A stretch of 64,000 bases of DNA from Hyphomicrobiales bacterium (GCA_019748135.1 JAIEPZ010000045.1:19085-83084), one strand, 5' to 3'. Shown: positions 9,926 through 20,099, counted from the stretch's first letter. Made by a program: numbers and translations. Notes: generated by a model from the sequence alone, not told the origin.

Positions 9926-10627
9926 CTAACCCGTGAACCGTGTCGCTTGCGGTTTGTCCTGCGGCACCTCGGGAGAAAACTCCCGCGCATCGGCAAACGC
10001 AGCAGCGAAAGCCGGTCGCTTGGACAATCTCGAGATGTAGCTGCGGAACACGTCATCGCGGCACATGCCGTAGCCGCGCGCCCAGAACACACAATGCCCC
10101 ATCATGCAGTCAGCGGCCGAAAAAATCTCGCCGCCGATGAAGCTTGCCGCCGTGAGGCGCTTGGCGAGCTGCGGCTCGATCTCGTCGGCAAATTTCTTGC
10201 GATAGCGCGCAATCGTCCGGGGGTCGCGCTCGGCCGACGACAGGACATGCTCATGGATGCGTATCTGCCACAGCATCATATCGACCGGGCCGGCACCAAA
10301 ATGCAGCATCTGCAGGTAATCGGCGCGCGCTGATGACAATCCCGGTGGTGGCGCCAGTTGATGACCGGGATAGGCATCAGCCAGGAATGCCAGCATCGCG
10401 GCGCTTTCATGCATGACCTGCCTCGTGCCGTCCTCCCACTCGATTTCAAGAACCGGCACGCCGTGATTGGGATTGAGGCGCAGGAAGTCCGGCCCATATT
10501 GCTGGCCATCATAGAGGTTCACGCGCTCCACCTCGAAAGCATCCCCCAGCACCTCATGCAACAACCATTTGACGCGCGCGCTGCGCGAAGCCGGGTAATG
10601 ATAGAGTTTGAGGCGGGTGATCGACAT
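9926..10627 (-). CDS. glutathione S-transferase family protein
   Basis: 233 aa with an N-terminal thioredoxin-like GST domain (LYHYPASRSARVKWLL...VPVLE) and an alpha-helical C-terminal domain. Confidence 0.8.
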   Translation of the reverse strand: MSITRLKLYHYPASRSARVKWLLHEVLGDAFEVERVNLYDGQQYGPDFLRLNPNHGVPVLEIEWEDGTRQVMHESAAMLAFLADAYPGHQLAPPPGLSSARADYLQMLHFGAGPVDMMLWQIRIHEHVLSSAERDPRTIARYRKKFADEIEPQLAKRLTAASFIGGEIFSAADCMMGHCVFWARGYGMCRDDVFRSYISRLSKRPAFAAAFADAREFSPEVPQDKPQATRFTG

Positions 10628-10754
10628 GGGTGTAACCTCGTCGCGACGATTGAGGAGGACGCATCATAGCCCCAATATGGGAGCCGGTTGCAACGCCGAT
10701 TGCCCTTAACGTAAGCTCGCCTACCGCTGCGCATCCCACGCCCGCGCAGCCAGT

Positions 10755-12032
10755 GTGGATCACGCCATGCCAGACATGATGGTCGCTCAAACCGCCACGC
10801 CAGCATCTCACCCTGCGGACAATGCGCGCCAGCTTGCGGCTGATTTCGATCTGCGGCATCTGCCCGCGTCATTCTACGACGACCCCTACCCGACCTTTCA
10901 CGCCCTTCGTGCGAACAACCCGGTTCTCCCCCTTGGCCCCGGCAGCTACCTGCTGACCCGTCATGCCGATCTCATGACGGTCTATAAGGACGCGAAGCTC
11001 TTTTCATCTGACAAGAAGGCGGAATTTCTGCCCAAATTCGGCAATGGCCTGCTCTATCAGCACCACACGACAAGCCTGATCTTCAACGATCCACCGCTCC
11101 ATACGCGGGTTCGCCGTATCATCGCGGGTGCGCTCAATCCGCGCGCTGTTGCTGATCTTGAAGGGCCGATGATCACCATGGTGGACGGGCTTCTTGATCG
11201 CATGGCCGCCAGGGGAGAGGCTGACATCATCGCCGATCTGGCGGCTTCAGTGCCAATTGAGGTGATCGGCAACCTGCTCGCCATCCCCCATGAGCGCCGT
11301 GGACCGTTACGCGACTGGTCGCTTGCCATTCTGGGCGCGCTTGAGCCGCAGCCGACAGCCGCCATGCTGGAGAGCGGCGAGATCGCGGTGCGCGATTTTC
11401 TGGATTATCTGCGCGTGCTGGTCGCCGAACGCCGGGCAAGCCCCGGCAACCCCGACAGCGACGTTTTGACGCGGCTCATCCAGGGCGAGACGGATGGCGA
11501 ACAACTGTCAGAAATCGAATTGCTGCAGAACTGCATTTTCATTCTCAATGCCGGCCACGAGACGACCACCAATCTCATCGGCAACGGGCTCTTCAATCTT
11601 CTCGAATGGCCGCAGGAAAAGGCAAGATTACTTGCCAACCCCGCGCTCATCACCTCGGCGATAGAGGAGTTCTTGCGCTTCGACAGCCCCGTCCAGCTCG
11701 GCAATCGCATCACCACCGCCCCAACCCGGCTGGGCGATGTTGATATGCCAGCCGGCACCTTCGTTACGCTGGCCATTGCTGCGGCAAATCGCGATCCCGC
11801 AGCATTCACCGATCCTGACCGGCTCGATCTCGCCCGCCCGCATAATCGCCATGTCGCCTTTGCCTCCGGCGTTCATGTCTGTGTCGGCCTGACGATTGCC
11901 CGCATGGAGGGGCGCGTGGCGATTTTACGTTTTCTGCAGCGTTTCCCGAACTATCACCTGTCGGGCGCACCTGTGCGTGGCAATCGGGCGCGCTTTCGTG
12001 GTTTTCTGGCGTTGCCCGTCCATCTTGGCTGA
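10755..12032 (+). CDS. cytochrome P450
   Basis: Heme-ligand loop FASGVHVCVG, I-helix AGHETT and EExLR motif. The start is uncertain: GTG at 10755 or an ATG at 10767 or 10776. Confidence 0.9.
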   Translation: MDHAMPDMMVAQTATPASHPADNARQLAADFDLRHLPASFYDDPYPTFHALRANNPVLPLGPGSYLLTRHADLMTVYKDAKLFSSDKKAEFLPKFGNGLLYQHHTTSLIFNDPPLHTRVRRIIAGALNPRAVADLEGPMITMVDGLLDRMAARGEADIIADLAASVPIEVIGNLLAIPHERRGPLRDWSLAILGALEPQPTAAMLESGEIAVRDFLDYLRVLVAERRASPGNPDSDVLTRLIQGETDGEQLSEIELLQNCIFILNAGHETTTNLIGNGLFNLLEWPQEKARLLANPALITSAIEEFLRFDSPVQLGNRITTAPTRLGDVDMPAGTFVTLAIAAANRDPAAFTDPDRLDLARPHNRHVAFASGVHVCVGLTIARMEGRVAILRFLQRFPNYHLSGAPVRGNRARFRGFLALPVHLG

Positions 12033-12058
12033 ATGCCCGTGACGCGACGAGGCAGATC

Positions 12059-12946
12059 TCAGCGCGTTGGCACCGGCTTTTCGCCGCGATAATCGTAAAA
12101 CCCACGCTGGGTCTTGCGCCCCAGCCAGCCAGCCTCGACATATTTGACGAGCAACGGGCAGGGGCGATATTTCGAATCAGCCAGCCCATCATGCAGCACC
12201 TGCATCACCGACAGGCAGGTATCAAGCCCGATGAAATCGGCAAGCTGCAGCGGCCCCATCGGATGGTTCGCCCCAAGACGCATGGCCGTATCAATGGATT
12301 CGACGGAGCCCACCCCTTCATAGAGGGTATAAACCGCCTCGTTGATCATCGGCAGCAGGATACGGTTGACGATGAAGGCGGGAAAATCCTCCGCCACCGC
12401 CATCGTCTTGCCGAGTTTGCGCACCAGATTTTTGCAGGCATCAAAAGTGTCATCATCGGTGGCAATGCCGCGGATGACCTCGACGAGGGGCATCAGCGGC
12501 ACCGGATTCATGAAATGAATGCCGATGAAACGCCCCGGACGATCGGTTGACGCCGCAAGGCGGGTGATGGAAATCGACGAGGTGTTGGACGCCAGAAGAG
12601 CATCCGCCCGCACAACCTTGCACACGGAAGCAAAAATCTTTCGCTTGACCTCTTCGTTCTCAACCGCGCTCTCGATCACGAGATCGGTATCAGCGAGCGC
12701 CTCGGGCTTTTCGCTCGCGGTGATCCGCGCCAATCCGGCAGCGCGATCAGCCTCTGTGATGGTCCCGCGTGCCACCTGGCGGGCCATATTGCCATTGATC
12801 GTCGCCAGCCCCGACTGCACGCGCTCGAGCGTTATGTCGCTGAGGATGACATCGTAACCGGCAAGCGCGCACACATGGGCGATACCATTGCCCATTTGCC
12901 CGGCACCAATAATGCCTATCGTTCGGATATCTGGTGTCATAGACAT
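12059..12946 (-). CDS. hbd: 3-hydroxybutyryl-CoA dehydrogenase
   Basis: 295 aa with Rossmann motif IGIIGAGQMGNGIA and a 3-hydroxyacyl-CoA dehydrogenase C-terminal domain. Located downstream of etfBA. Confidence 0.85.
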   Translation of the reverse strand: MSMTPDIRTIGIIGAGQMGNGIAHVCALAGYDVILSDITLERVQSGLATINGNMARQVARGTITEADRAAGLARITASEKPEALADTDLVIESAVENEEVKRKIFASVCKVVRADALLASNTSSISITRLAASTDRPGRFIGIHFMNPVPLMPLVEVIRGIATDDDTFDACKNLVRKLGKTMAVAEDFPAFIVNRILLPMINEAVYTLYEGVGSVESIDTAMRLGANHPMGPLQLADFIGLDTCLSVMQVLHDGLADSKYRPCPLLVKYVEAGWLGRKTQRGFYDYRGEKPVPTR

Positions 12947-12994
12947 GCCCCGCTCGCGCCTGGCCAGCCGTCGACCCTGCCCCCGCGCCCCATG

Positions 12995-13939
12995 TTACTT
13001 GCCGATCTTGCTGAGTTCGGCCTGAAGTTCGGGCAGCACGGTGAAGAGATCACCGACCAGACCGTAATCAGCCACTTGGAAGATCGGCGCTTCCTCATCT
13101 TTGTTGATGGCGACGATAATCTTGGAATCCTTCATCCCGGCCAGATGCTGAATGGCGCCTGAGATGCCGATGGCGACATAAAGATCAGGCGCCACGACCT
13201 TGCCCGTTTGCCCCACCTGATAATCATTGGGCGCGTAGCCGGCATCGACCGCCGCGCGCGAGGCGCCAACCGCTGCACCGAGCTTGTCGGCAAGCGGCTC
13301 GATCATTTCCTTGAACTTGTCGGACGAGCCAAGCGCCCGCCCGCCGGAGACGATGATCTTGGCTGATGTCAGTTCCGGGCGATCCGACTTCGACAATTCC
13401 TCAGCGACGAATTGCGACAGCCCGGCTGCGGCGGGAACGCTGACCGCCTCGATTGGCGCCGCGCCGCCTTCGGCTGCCGCCTTGAAGGAGGCCGTGCGCA
13501 CGGTGACGACTTTTTTGGCATCCTGCGACTGCACCGTCTGGATGGCGTTTCCGGCATAGATCGGTCGCTCGAACGTGTCAGCACCGTGAACGGCGATCAC
13601 TTCCGAAATCTGCATCACATCGAGGAGTGCGGCCACGCGCGGCATGACATTCTTGCCGGTCGTGGAGGCAGCCGCGATGATCGCATCATACCCATTCGCA
13701 AGACTGACGATGAGGGCCGCCATCGGCTCGGCCAGCTGATGGGCAAGCGACGCATCATCCGCCACGATGATTTTGGCCACACCGGCAAGCCTGGAGGCTG
13801 CCTCAGCCACCGCGCCGCACTGGCTGCCTGCGATCAGCACATGGATATCGCCGCCCATCGCTATGGCAGCGGTCAAAGCCTTGTGGGTCGAATCTTTCAA
13901 AACATTGTCGGCGTGTTCAGCGACAAGAAGAATGGTCAT
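12995..13939 (-). CDS. etfA: electron transfer flavoprotein subunit alpha
   Basis: 314 aa with a C-terminal FAD-binding region (VAIGISGAIQHLAGM) typical of EtfA. Confidence 0.93.
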   Translation of the reverse strand: MTILLVAEHADNVLKDSTHKALTAAIAMGGDIHVLIAGSQCGAVAEAASRLAGVAKIIVADDASLAHQLAEPMAALIVSLANGYDAIIAAASTTGKNVMPRVAALLDVMQISEVIAVHGADTFERPIYAGNAIQTVQSQDAKKVVTVRTASFKAAAEGGAAPIEAVSVPAAAGLSQFVAEELSKSDRPELTSAKIIVSGGRALGSSDKFKEMIEPLADKLGAAVGASRAAVDAGYAPNDYQVGQTGKVVAPDLYVAIGISGAIQHLAGMKDSKIIVAINKDEEAPIFQVADYGLVGDLFTVLPELQAELSKIGK

Positions 13940-13957
13940 CTTTTGGCTCCGTGAACC

Positions 13958-14062
13958 CTAGAGCATGCTGCAAAAAAATGGAAACCGGCTTTTCGATAAC
14001 AGCATGCGAAAACAATAAGATAAGAGAATGTTGCGATTCCGTGCCACCGCAATCTGTACTAG
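13958..14062 (+). repeat. 105-nt palindromic intergenic element, copy A
   Basis: The core at 13963-14040 aligns with 45879-45956, with 55 of the first 60 positions identical by hand. Contains the GCATGCTG...CAGCATGC stem. Bounded by CTAG on both sides, and the right CTAG holds the etfB stop codon. Confidence 0.7.
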
Positions 14063-14811
14063 AGAACGCCCGCTTCGTCTTTCAGCTTGGCGACCAGCTC
14101 GGCAACCGAACCGACCTTGCCCCCTGCCTTGCGCTGCGGCGGCTCGGTCGTTTTCAGCACTTTGAGGCGCGGCGCCATATCGACACCGAAATCAGCAGGC
14201 GTCTTTTCGTCAAGCGGCTTTTTCTTCGCTTTCATGATGTTGGGCAGCGAGGCATAGCGCGGCTCGTTAAGGCGCAGATCGGTGGTCACGATCGCCGGCA
14301 GCGTCAGTTTGACCGTCTGCAGACCGCCATCAACCTCACGGGTGACCGACAGGTCGGAGCCGCTGATCTCGACCTTGGAGGCAAAGGTTCCCTGCGCCCA
14401 GCCCAGCAGTGCCGCCAGCATCTGGCCCGTCTGGTTGCAGTCATCATCAATCGCCTGCTTGCCCAGAATGATGAGATCGGGCTTTTCCACCTCGGCAATG
14501 GCCTTGAGAATTTTGGCAACCGCCAGCGGCTCGCTCACCGCATCGGTTTTGACCAGAATGCCGCGATCAGCCCCCATGGCAAGCGCTGTGCGGATGGTTT
14601 CAGCGGCTTTGTCAGGACCAATCGACACCGCCACGATCTCGCCTTTGGCAATGCCCTTTTCCTTCAGGCGGATCGCTTCTTCAATAGCGATCTCGTCAAA
14701 CGGATTCATCGACATCTTGATATTGGCAAGCTCAACGCCCGACCCGTCAGCCTTGACGCGGATCTTGACGTTGTAATCGACCACCCGTTTCACCGGGACA
14801 AGTATCTTCAT
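14059..14811 (-). CDS. etfB: electron transfer flavoprotein subunit beta
   Basis: [19 protein letters not shown] is the canonical EtfB N-terminus. The track ORF (to 14916) was trimmed to this ATG. Confidence 0.92.
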   Translation of the reverse strand: MKILVPVKRVVDYNVKIRVKADGSGVELANIKMSMNPFDEIAIEEAIRLKEKGIAKGEIVAVSIGPDKAAETIRTALAMGADRGILVKTDAVSEPLAVAKILKAIAEVEKPDLIILGKQAIDDDCNQTGQMLAALLGWAQGTFASKVEISGSDLSVTREVDGGLQTVKLTLPAIVTTDLRLNEPRYASLPNIMKAKKKPLDEKTPADFGVDMAPRLKVLKTTEPPQRKAGGKVGSVAELVAKLKDEAGVL

Positions 14812-14927
14812 GACGGCGAGCGCTCCCTTGTCATGCCTTTTTATGGTTGGCGACCGTAACGGCCCCGTCCGGCAAAAGTCAACGCACTGCACCATCGCAG
14901 CGCCTGATTTCGCCAATCAACCGGTAT

Positions 14928-15611
14928 TCATACGTAAATTCGTCGCCGCATCGTCAGGATGATGACAGCCCCGGCGGCAAGGCCACCGATATGGGCAAGC
15001 CATGCGACGCCATCGCCTTGCGCCCCGCTCAGCACCTGCCAGAATTGAATGACGATCCAGCCGCCTAGCGCCAGCCATGCCTCGACCCTGAGCGGCAGGC
15101 GCCAGAAGAGCAACACCCAGACACGGGCATGAGGAAACAGCAGGAAATAGGCGGCGATAACGCCCGCCACCGCGCCCGAGGCGCCGATCAGCGGGGCTTC
15201 GGAGGCGTGCGGTCCGAGCCAGGCAAATGTCAGCGCCGCAACAACGCCACATGCGAGATAAAACAGAACATAGCGCCAGGACCCCAGCGCATCTTCGATG
15301 TTGTCGCCGAACACCCACAAAAACAGCATGTTGCCGATCAGATGCAGCCAGTCGACATGAAGAAACATGTAGGTGAACGGCGTCAGCACCTGCGGGATCA
15401 GATAAAGATGCGCCGGCAGATCGGCATAGCGGTTGAGGACAGCCGGTATGACGCCAAGCCCCAGGCTCGCTCGTTGCAACCCCTCGTCACCGGCGACCAG
15501 GCCGGAACCAACCGTGAGATGAACAAGGACCGTGAGGGCGATGATCGTCCAGTTGGCATAGGCATGAACGATGTGGCGTAGCGGATTGTCGTCGTGAAGC
15601 GGAATGACCAT
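14928..15611 (-). CDS. rhomboid family intramembrane serine protease
   Basis: 227 aa, polytopic, with a GASGAV catalytic-serine motif and a downstream H in a TM helix. Confidence 0.8.
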   Translation of the reverse strand: MVIPLHDDNPLRHIVHAYANWTIIALTVLVHLTVGSGLVAGDEGLQRASLGLGVIPAVLNRYADLPAHLYLIPQVLTPFTYMFLHVDWLHLIGNMLFLWVFGDNIEDALGSWRYVLFYLACGVVAALTFAWLGPHASEAPLIGASGAVAGVIAAYFLLFPHARVWVLLFWRLPLRVEAWLALGGWIVIQFWQVLSGAQGDGVAWLAHIGGLAAGAVIILTMRRRIYV

Positions 15612-15620
15612 GACGAGATC

Positions 15621-16196
15621 CTAGCGCGCGCCGTCTTTTGACCACAGGACGTCCCCTTCGCCGCGACCATTCACATGGCGACCGGCGACAAAAAAGAAAT
15701 CCGACAGGCGGTTGACGTATTTAAGCGCTTCATCCGACACCCCCGCCCCGTCATGGGCAGCAAGCTCGACCATCAGCCGCTCCGCCCGCCGGCACACCGT
15801 CCGGCACTGGTGGAGATAGGCCGCAGCCGGCGTGCCGCCAGGCAGAATGAAGGCTTTGAGCGGCGGCAATTCGCTGGTGAGCCGGTCGATATCATCCTCG
15901 ATGCGCTTCACATGCGCAGATGAGATGCGCGGCACTGGAAACGCTGGCGGCTCATCGCCTTCCGGCGTGCACAGATCAGCACCAAGATCGAACAGATCAT
16001 GCTGGATGCGCACCAGCATCGCATCCACCACCGGCTCGCGGTCAAACGTGTGGAGGCGCGCCACGCCGATGGCGGCGTTGGTCTCATCGATCGTGCCATA
16101 GGCGCTGACCCGCAGATCGAATTTCTTCACCCGCTGGCCGCTGAAGAGCCCGGTCGTACCATCATCACCCGTACGGGTATAAATGCGTGTTGCCAT
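15621..16196 (-). CDS. PduO-type ATP:cob(I)alamin adenosyltransferase
   Basis: N-terminal IYTRTGDDGTTGL motif, 191 aa. Confidence 0.9.
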   Translation of the reverse strand: MATRIYTRTGDDGTTGLFSGQRVKKFDLRVSAYGTIDETNAAIGVARLHTFDREPVVDAMLVRIQHDLFDLGADLCTPEGDEPPAFPVPRISSAHVKRIEDDIDRLTSELPPLKAFILPGGTPAAAYLHQCRTVCRRAERLMVELAAHDGAGVSDEALKYVNRLSDFFFVAGRHVNGRGEGDVLWSKDGAR

Positions 16197-16218
16197 CGCC
16201 GACCTGTGCCTTTGTCCG

Positions 16219-16410
16219 CTAGCGGCCAGACAACCACAGAAGGGTCATCAACACTATGACAGCAACAAATTGCAGCATGACACGCATGCGCATCAGACGC
16301 TGCGAGGTGTTGGCAGAGCCTCCCTTGGCCATGTTCCACAGCCCGCGAACAAGCACAACCACGACAGCCAAGACAGCCAGAAAGGAGAGAATTTTGACGA
16401 TTGTGTCCAT
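16219..16410 (-). CDS. twin transmembrane helix small protein (HIG1-like)
   Basis: 63 aa with two hydrophobic helices joined by a basic loop (RGLWNMAKGG...QRLMRMRV). Confidence 0.7.
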   Translation of the reverse strand: MDTIVKILSFLAVLAVVVVLVRGLWNMAKGGSANTSQRLMRMRVMLQFVAVIVLMTLLWLSGR

Positions 16411-16436
16411 GGTGCCACTACTCTCCCGCTGAAATG

Positions 16437-18143
16437 CTAATTGCTGCCTTCAAGCAGGCGCCGCGCAATCACCTGCGCCTGGATTTCGGCAGCGCCCTCG
16501 AAGATATTGAGAATGCGCGCATCGCACATCACCCGCGACACCGGATATTCCAGCGCAAAGCCGTTGCCGCCATGGATCTGCAGGGCATTGTCGGCGGCAG
16601 CCCAGGCAATCCGCGCGCCGAGCAGTTTCGCCATGCCCGCTTCAAGATCGCAGCGCCGGCCGCCATCCTTTTCGCGCGCCGCGAAATAGGTGAGCTGGCG
16701 GGCAATCGCTACTTCAACCGCCATCATGACGATCTTGTCGGCAACCCGCGGGAAGGCGATGAGCGGCTTGCCAAACTGTACCCGCTCGCTCGCATAGCGG
16801 ATCGCCAGATCAAGCGCCGATTGAGCAACGCCGACAGCGCGCGCGGCCGTCTGGATACGGGCTGATTCAAAGGTCTGCATGAGCTGTTTGAAGCCCTGCC
16901 CCTCGACACCGCCCAGCAGATTGTCGGCCTTCACCTTGAAGCCGTCGAAGGCGATCTCGAATTCCTTCATGCCGCGATAGCCGAGCACCTCGATCTCGCC
17001 GCCGCTCATGCCATCGGCTGGAAACGGATCGGCATCGCTGCCGCGCGGCTTTTCCGCCAGCAGCATGCTCAAACCCCTGTAGCCCGGCGCCTGGGGGTCA
17101 GTGCGCACCAAAAGTGTCATCAGATCGGCCCTGACCGGATGGGTGATCCACGTCTTGTTGCCGGTGACACTGTAATGGTCACCCTCGCGCACCGCCCGCG
17201 TCTTCAGGCTCGCCAGATCCGAGCCGGTATTGGGCTCGGTGAAAACGGCGGTGGGCAGAATGGCGCCGGAGGCAATCAGCGGCAGCCATGTCTCCTTCTG
17301 CAAATCCGTGCCGCCGGCGAGGATCAACTCGCAGGCAATCTCCGAGCGCGTCCCCAGCGAGCCAACACCGATATAGCCGCGCGACAACTCTTCCGAGACG
17401 ACGCACATCGATTCCTTGCCAAGCCCCATGCCGCCGAATTCCGGCGGCACGGTGAGCCCGAAAACGCCGAGTTCCGCCAGTTTGGAAATGACCTCAAGGG
17501 GAATATAGGCGTTGTCGAGATGCCAGCCATGGGCATAAGGCGCCACTTCGCTGTCGCTGAACTTGCGCATCTCGGCGCGGATGGCTTCAAGCGTCTCGTC
17601 AAGCCCGCTATCGCCAATCACCCCATGTCCCGCCCCCTCGCCGATCAGCGCGATGAGTTCGGCGCGGTTCGCCACCGTGTTGCCGGATGCCATCAGCGCC
17701 TTGACGGCCGGCGTCAACGCCTGCGCCACCTCGGATTCGCTGAGATAAAGGTCGCTCGGGCGCACCATCTCGCCCTGGCTCATCGGGATGCCGCCAAAAA
17801 TCTGCGTCAGATATTCACCAGCCCCGATCGCGATGATCAGTTCCTCGGTGCGGGTCAGCCTACCATCCGCCGCCAGGCGCTCGCCGTAGCGGCCAAGCTC
17901 CTGCAGCGCCGCGATCTGGGTCGCCAGCCACGCCAGCCCATGCGCGGCGCGCTGTTCGCTTTCAAGCCTGACCGGATCGAGCGCGGCGCTGGAAATGACG
18001 CGCGCGCGGATCGCTGCTTGCGCTCTCAGCTTCAGCGTTTCGACCGCCGGCAACGCGTCCCCGAGCAGACCTGCCGCATCGCTCGGCACGAGGGAGGACA
18101 TGGCAGTTGCAAGAGACATCGGGACCCCCTGTAAAGGCGACAT
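16437..18143 (-). CDS. acyl-CoA dehydrogenase with long N-terminal extension; candidate (2S)-methylsuccinyl-CoA dehydrogenase
   Basis: The C-terminal ~380 aa form a canonical ACAD fold, preceded by an extension of about 190 aa. The start is ambiguous: ATG at 18143 after AAGGTGAG, or ATG at 18119 after GGGGG. The Mcd assignment is an inference from length plus ecm/ccr in the same window. Confidence 0.8.
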   Translation of the reverse strand: MSPLQGVPMSLATAMSSLVPSDAAGLLGDALPAVETLKLRAQAAIRARVISSAALDPVRLESEQRAAHGLAWLATQIAALQELGRYGERLAADGRLTRTEELIIAIGAGEYLTQIFGGIPMSQGEMVRPSDLYLSESEVAQALTPAVKALMASGNTVANRAELIALIGEGAGHGVIGDSGLDETLEAIRAEMRKFSDSEVAPYAHGWHLDNAYIPLEVISKLAELGVFGLTVPPEFGGMGLGKESMCVVSEELSRGYIGVGSLGTRSEIACELILAGGTDLQKETWLPLIASGAILPTAVFTEPNTGSDLASLKTRAVREGDHYSVTGNKTWITHPVRADLMTLLVRTDPQAPGYRGLSMLLAEKPRGSDADPFPADGMSGGEIEVLGYRGMKEFEIAFDGFKVKADNLLGGVEGQGFKQLMQTFESARIQTAARAVGVAQSALDLAIRYASERVQFGKPLIAFPRVADKIVMMAVEVAIARQLTYFAAREKDGGRRCDLEAGMAKLLGARIAWAAADNALQIHGGNGFALEYPVSRVMCDARILNIFEGAAEIQAQVIARRLLEGSN

Positions 18144-18209
18144 AGCGTAGCTCACCTTGCGCTTAAAAGGTCTTTGCGCAGTGCACAATGCGGCTTTTGG
18201 CCCGGACCA

Positions 18210-19091
18210 TCAACTACGGGTCGCAAGATAGACACCTGCGGCAACCACCGCCATGCCTAAAAGCTGCAGCAACACGAGCGTTTCACCGAACATCACATAG
18301 GCCTGCAGCGCTGCCGTCGGCGGAATGAGATAGATGAGCGCGGATGTGCGCGCGACCGAGCCATGGCGGATCATCATGAGCAACAGGGCGATCGCGCCGA
18401 TCGACAAAACCAGAACCGCCCAGGCAAGCGCATAGAACGTCTCCGGCACCAGATCGAAACGCATCGGCTCGAGCACGAAGGCAACCGGCAGCGTCACCAG
18501 GAAGGCGCCCAGATATTGCCAGGCAGCGAGGGTACGCAGATCGGGGCTGCCGAGAAACCGCTTCTGGTGGAAGGTGCCAAACGTCACCGAGACCATGGCC
18601 ACCACGTTGACAGCCAGCGGAACGACCAGCCCGCTCAGTTGTTCGACATCGGTGGCAGCAAACTTTGGCTGAAGTACAATGAGAATACCAACGAAGCCAA
18701 GACCAACGCCCACCCAGCGCCGCAGGCTGATCGTCTCGCCGCTGAAGGGGCGGGCGAGCAAGGCTGTGAGCAGAGGTTGCAAAGCGGCGATCAGCGCGGA
18801 AATCCCCGCCGGCAGGCCTTGCGAGATCGGCCACCACACACCACCGAGATAGACTGCGTGCATGAGCGCTCCCGACAGCAGCATGTTGACGGCTTCGCGC
18901 TTGCTCGAGGGTTGGCGCGCACCGGCCGCCAGCGCGAACGCACCCACCAGCAGACCGGCGGTGGCATAACGGACCGACAGAAAGGTCAGCGGATCAGCGT
19001 GTGGCGCGGCATATTTCGCAACGATCCAGCCGGTTGACCAGATGAAAACGAATATCGCCGGCGCCAGGCGAAGGATCAGGGCAGGCGTCAT
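18210..19091 (-). CDS. DMT superfamily (EamA-like) transporter
   Basis: 10-TM-type hydrophobic profile with two EamA-like halves. The start was chosen at ATG 19091 (track start is GTG 19130). Confidence 0.75.
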   Translation of the reverse strand: MTPALILRLAPAIFVFIWSTGWIVAKYAAPHADPLTFLSVRYATAGLLVGAFALAAGARQPSSKREAVNMLLSGALMHAVYLGGVWWPISQGLPAGISALIAALQPLLTALLARPFSGETISLRRWVGVGLGFVGILIVLQPKFAATDVEQLSGLVVPLAVNVVAMVSVTFGTFHQKRFLGSPDLRTLAAWQYLGAFLVTLPVAFVLEPMRFDLVPETFYALAWAVLVLSIGAIALLLMMIRHGSVARTSALIYLIPPTAALQAYVMFGETLVLLQLLGMAVVAAGVYLATRS

Positions 19092-19189
19092 GGCGCGGTC
19101 GTAGACGAGGTGCCGGTTACAGGCAATCACCTAAAGGTATCTGGCGTTTGCCGCTGTCTCGCTCTATCTGCTCTCACGAGGGAGTGCCG

Positions 19190-20083
19190 ATGCCTGTCTA
19201 TTATTTCCTGCGCCGCTGCGTGACCGTCGCCTGGGACGCCTATTGGCGCTTCACCTATAATGATGGCTGGGCGATTGCGAGCCACATCGCGCTGTCGGCG
19301 TTGCTGGCAATCTTTCCCTTCCTTATTTTTGTGACCGCTCTGGCCGCTTTCTTCGGTACCGTCGATCTCGCCAATCAGGTGGTCGACCTTCTGTTTGCCG
19401 CCTGGCCCGACCGTGTCGTCGTACCCATCCGCACTGAACTTGCCAATGTCCTGAGCAATCAGCGCCGCGATCTCCTGACCATCGGCGCGGCGTTGATGCT
19501 GTGGTTCTCGTCATCGGGCGTCGAGGCTGTCCGCATCGGTCTCAACCGCGCCTATGGCGAGCGCGAGACGCGCTGGTGGTTCCAGACGCGGGCGCAATCG
19601 ATGTTCTTCGTCGTCCTTGGCGCCATCGGGCTTCTGGCGCTGTCGTTTTTCATCGTTCTGGCGCCGGCGGCCTTCCAGGCGGCTGAAGCCCTGTTCCCCA
19701 ATCTCGCCGTCCAGATCGACGAATTGCAGCAGCGCGTGCTGACCTCGCGCTATGCGATTACGGCTGCCATCCTGCTGACGGCGCTCCTTTGCGCCCATCT
19801 GTTTCTGCCGGCCGGCTCGCGACGCCTGCGTGACGTGCTGCCTGGCATCGCCGTGACACTCGTCCTTTGGATCGTTGCCGCAACGACTTTTGCCTATTAC
19901 CTGACGCGCTTTGCCAATTATACCCGCACCTACGCCGGCTTCGCCTCGGTGATGATCGCCCTGGTGTTTTTATACTTCATCGCCGTCATCTTCATTCTCG
20001 GTGGCGAATTGAATTCAGCATGGCTGCGCTCGAGGCAGGCCAAACCTGCACCAGCCCCAACCCTCTTTCCCATCGATCGCTGA
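19190..20083 (+). CDS. YihY/BrkB family membrane protein
   Basis: Polytopic, with GWAIASHIALSALLAIFPFL and GGELN motifs typical of YihY. ATG 19190 follows GAGGGAG. Confidence 0.8.
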   Translation: MPVYYFLRRCVTVAWDAYWRFTYNDGWAIASHIALSALLAIFPFLIFVTALAAFFGTVDLANQVVDLLFAAWPDRVVVPIRTELANVLSNQRRDLLTIGAALMLWFSSSGVEAVRIGLNRAYGERETRWWFQTRAQSMFFVVLGAIGLLALSFFIVLAPAAFQAAEALFPNLAVQIDELQQRVLTSRYAITAAILLTALLCAHLFLPAGSRRLRDVLPGIAVTLVLWIVAATTFAYYLTRFANYTRTYAGFASVMIALVFLYFIAVIFILGGELNSAWLRSRQAKPAPAPTLFPIDR

Positions 20084-20099
20084 GGAAACGATATAAAAG

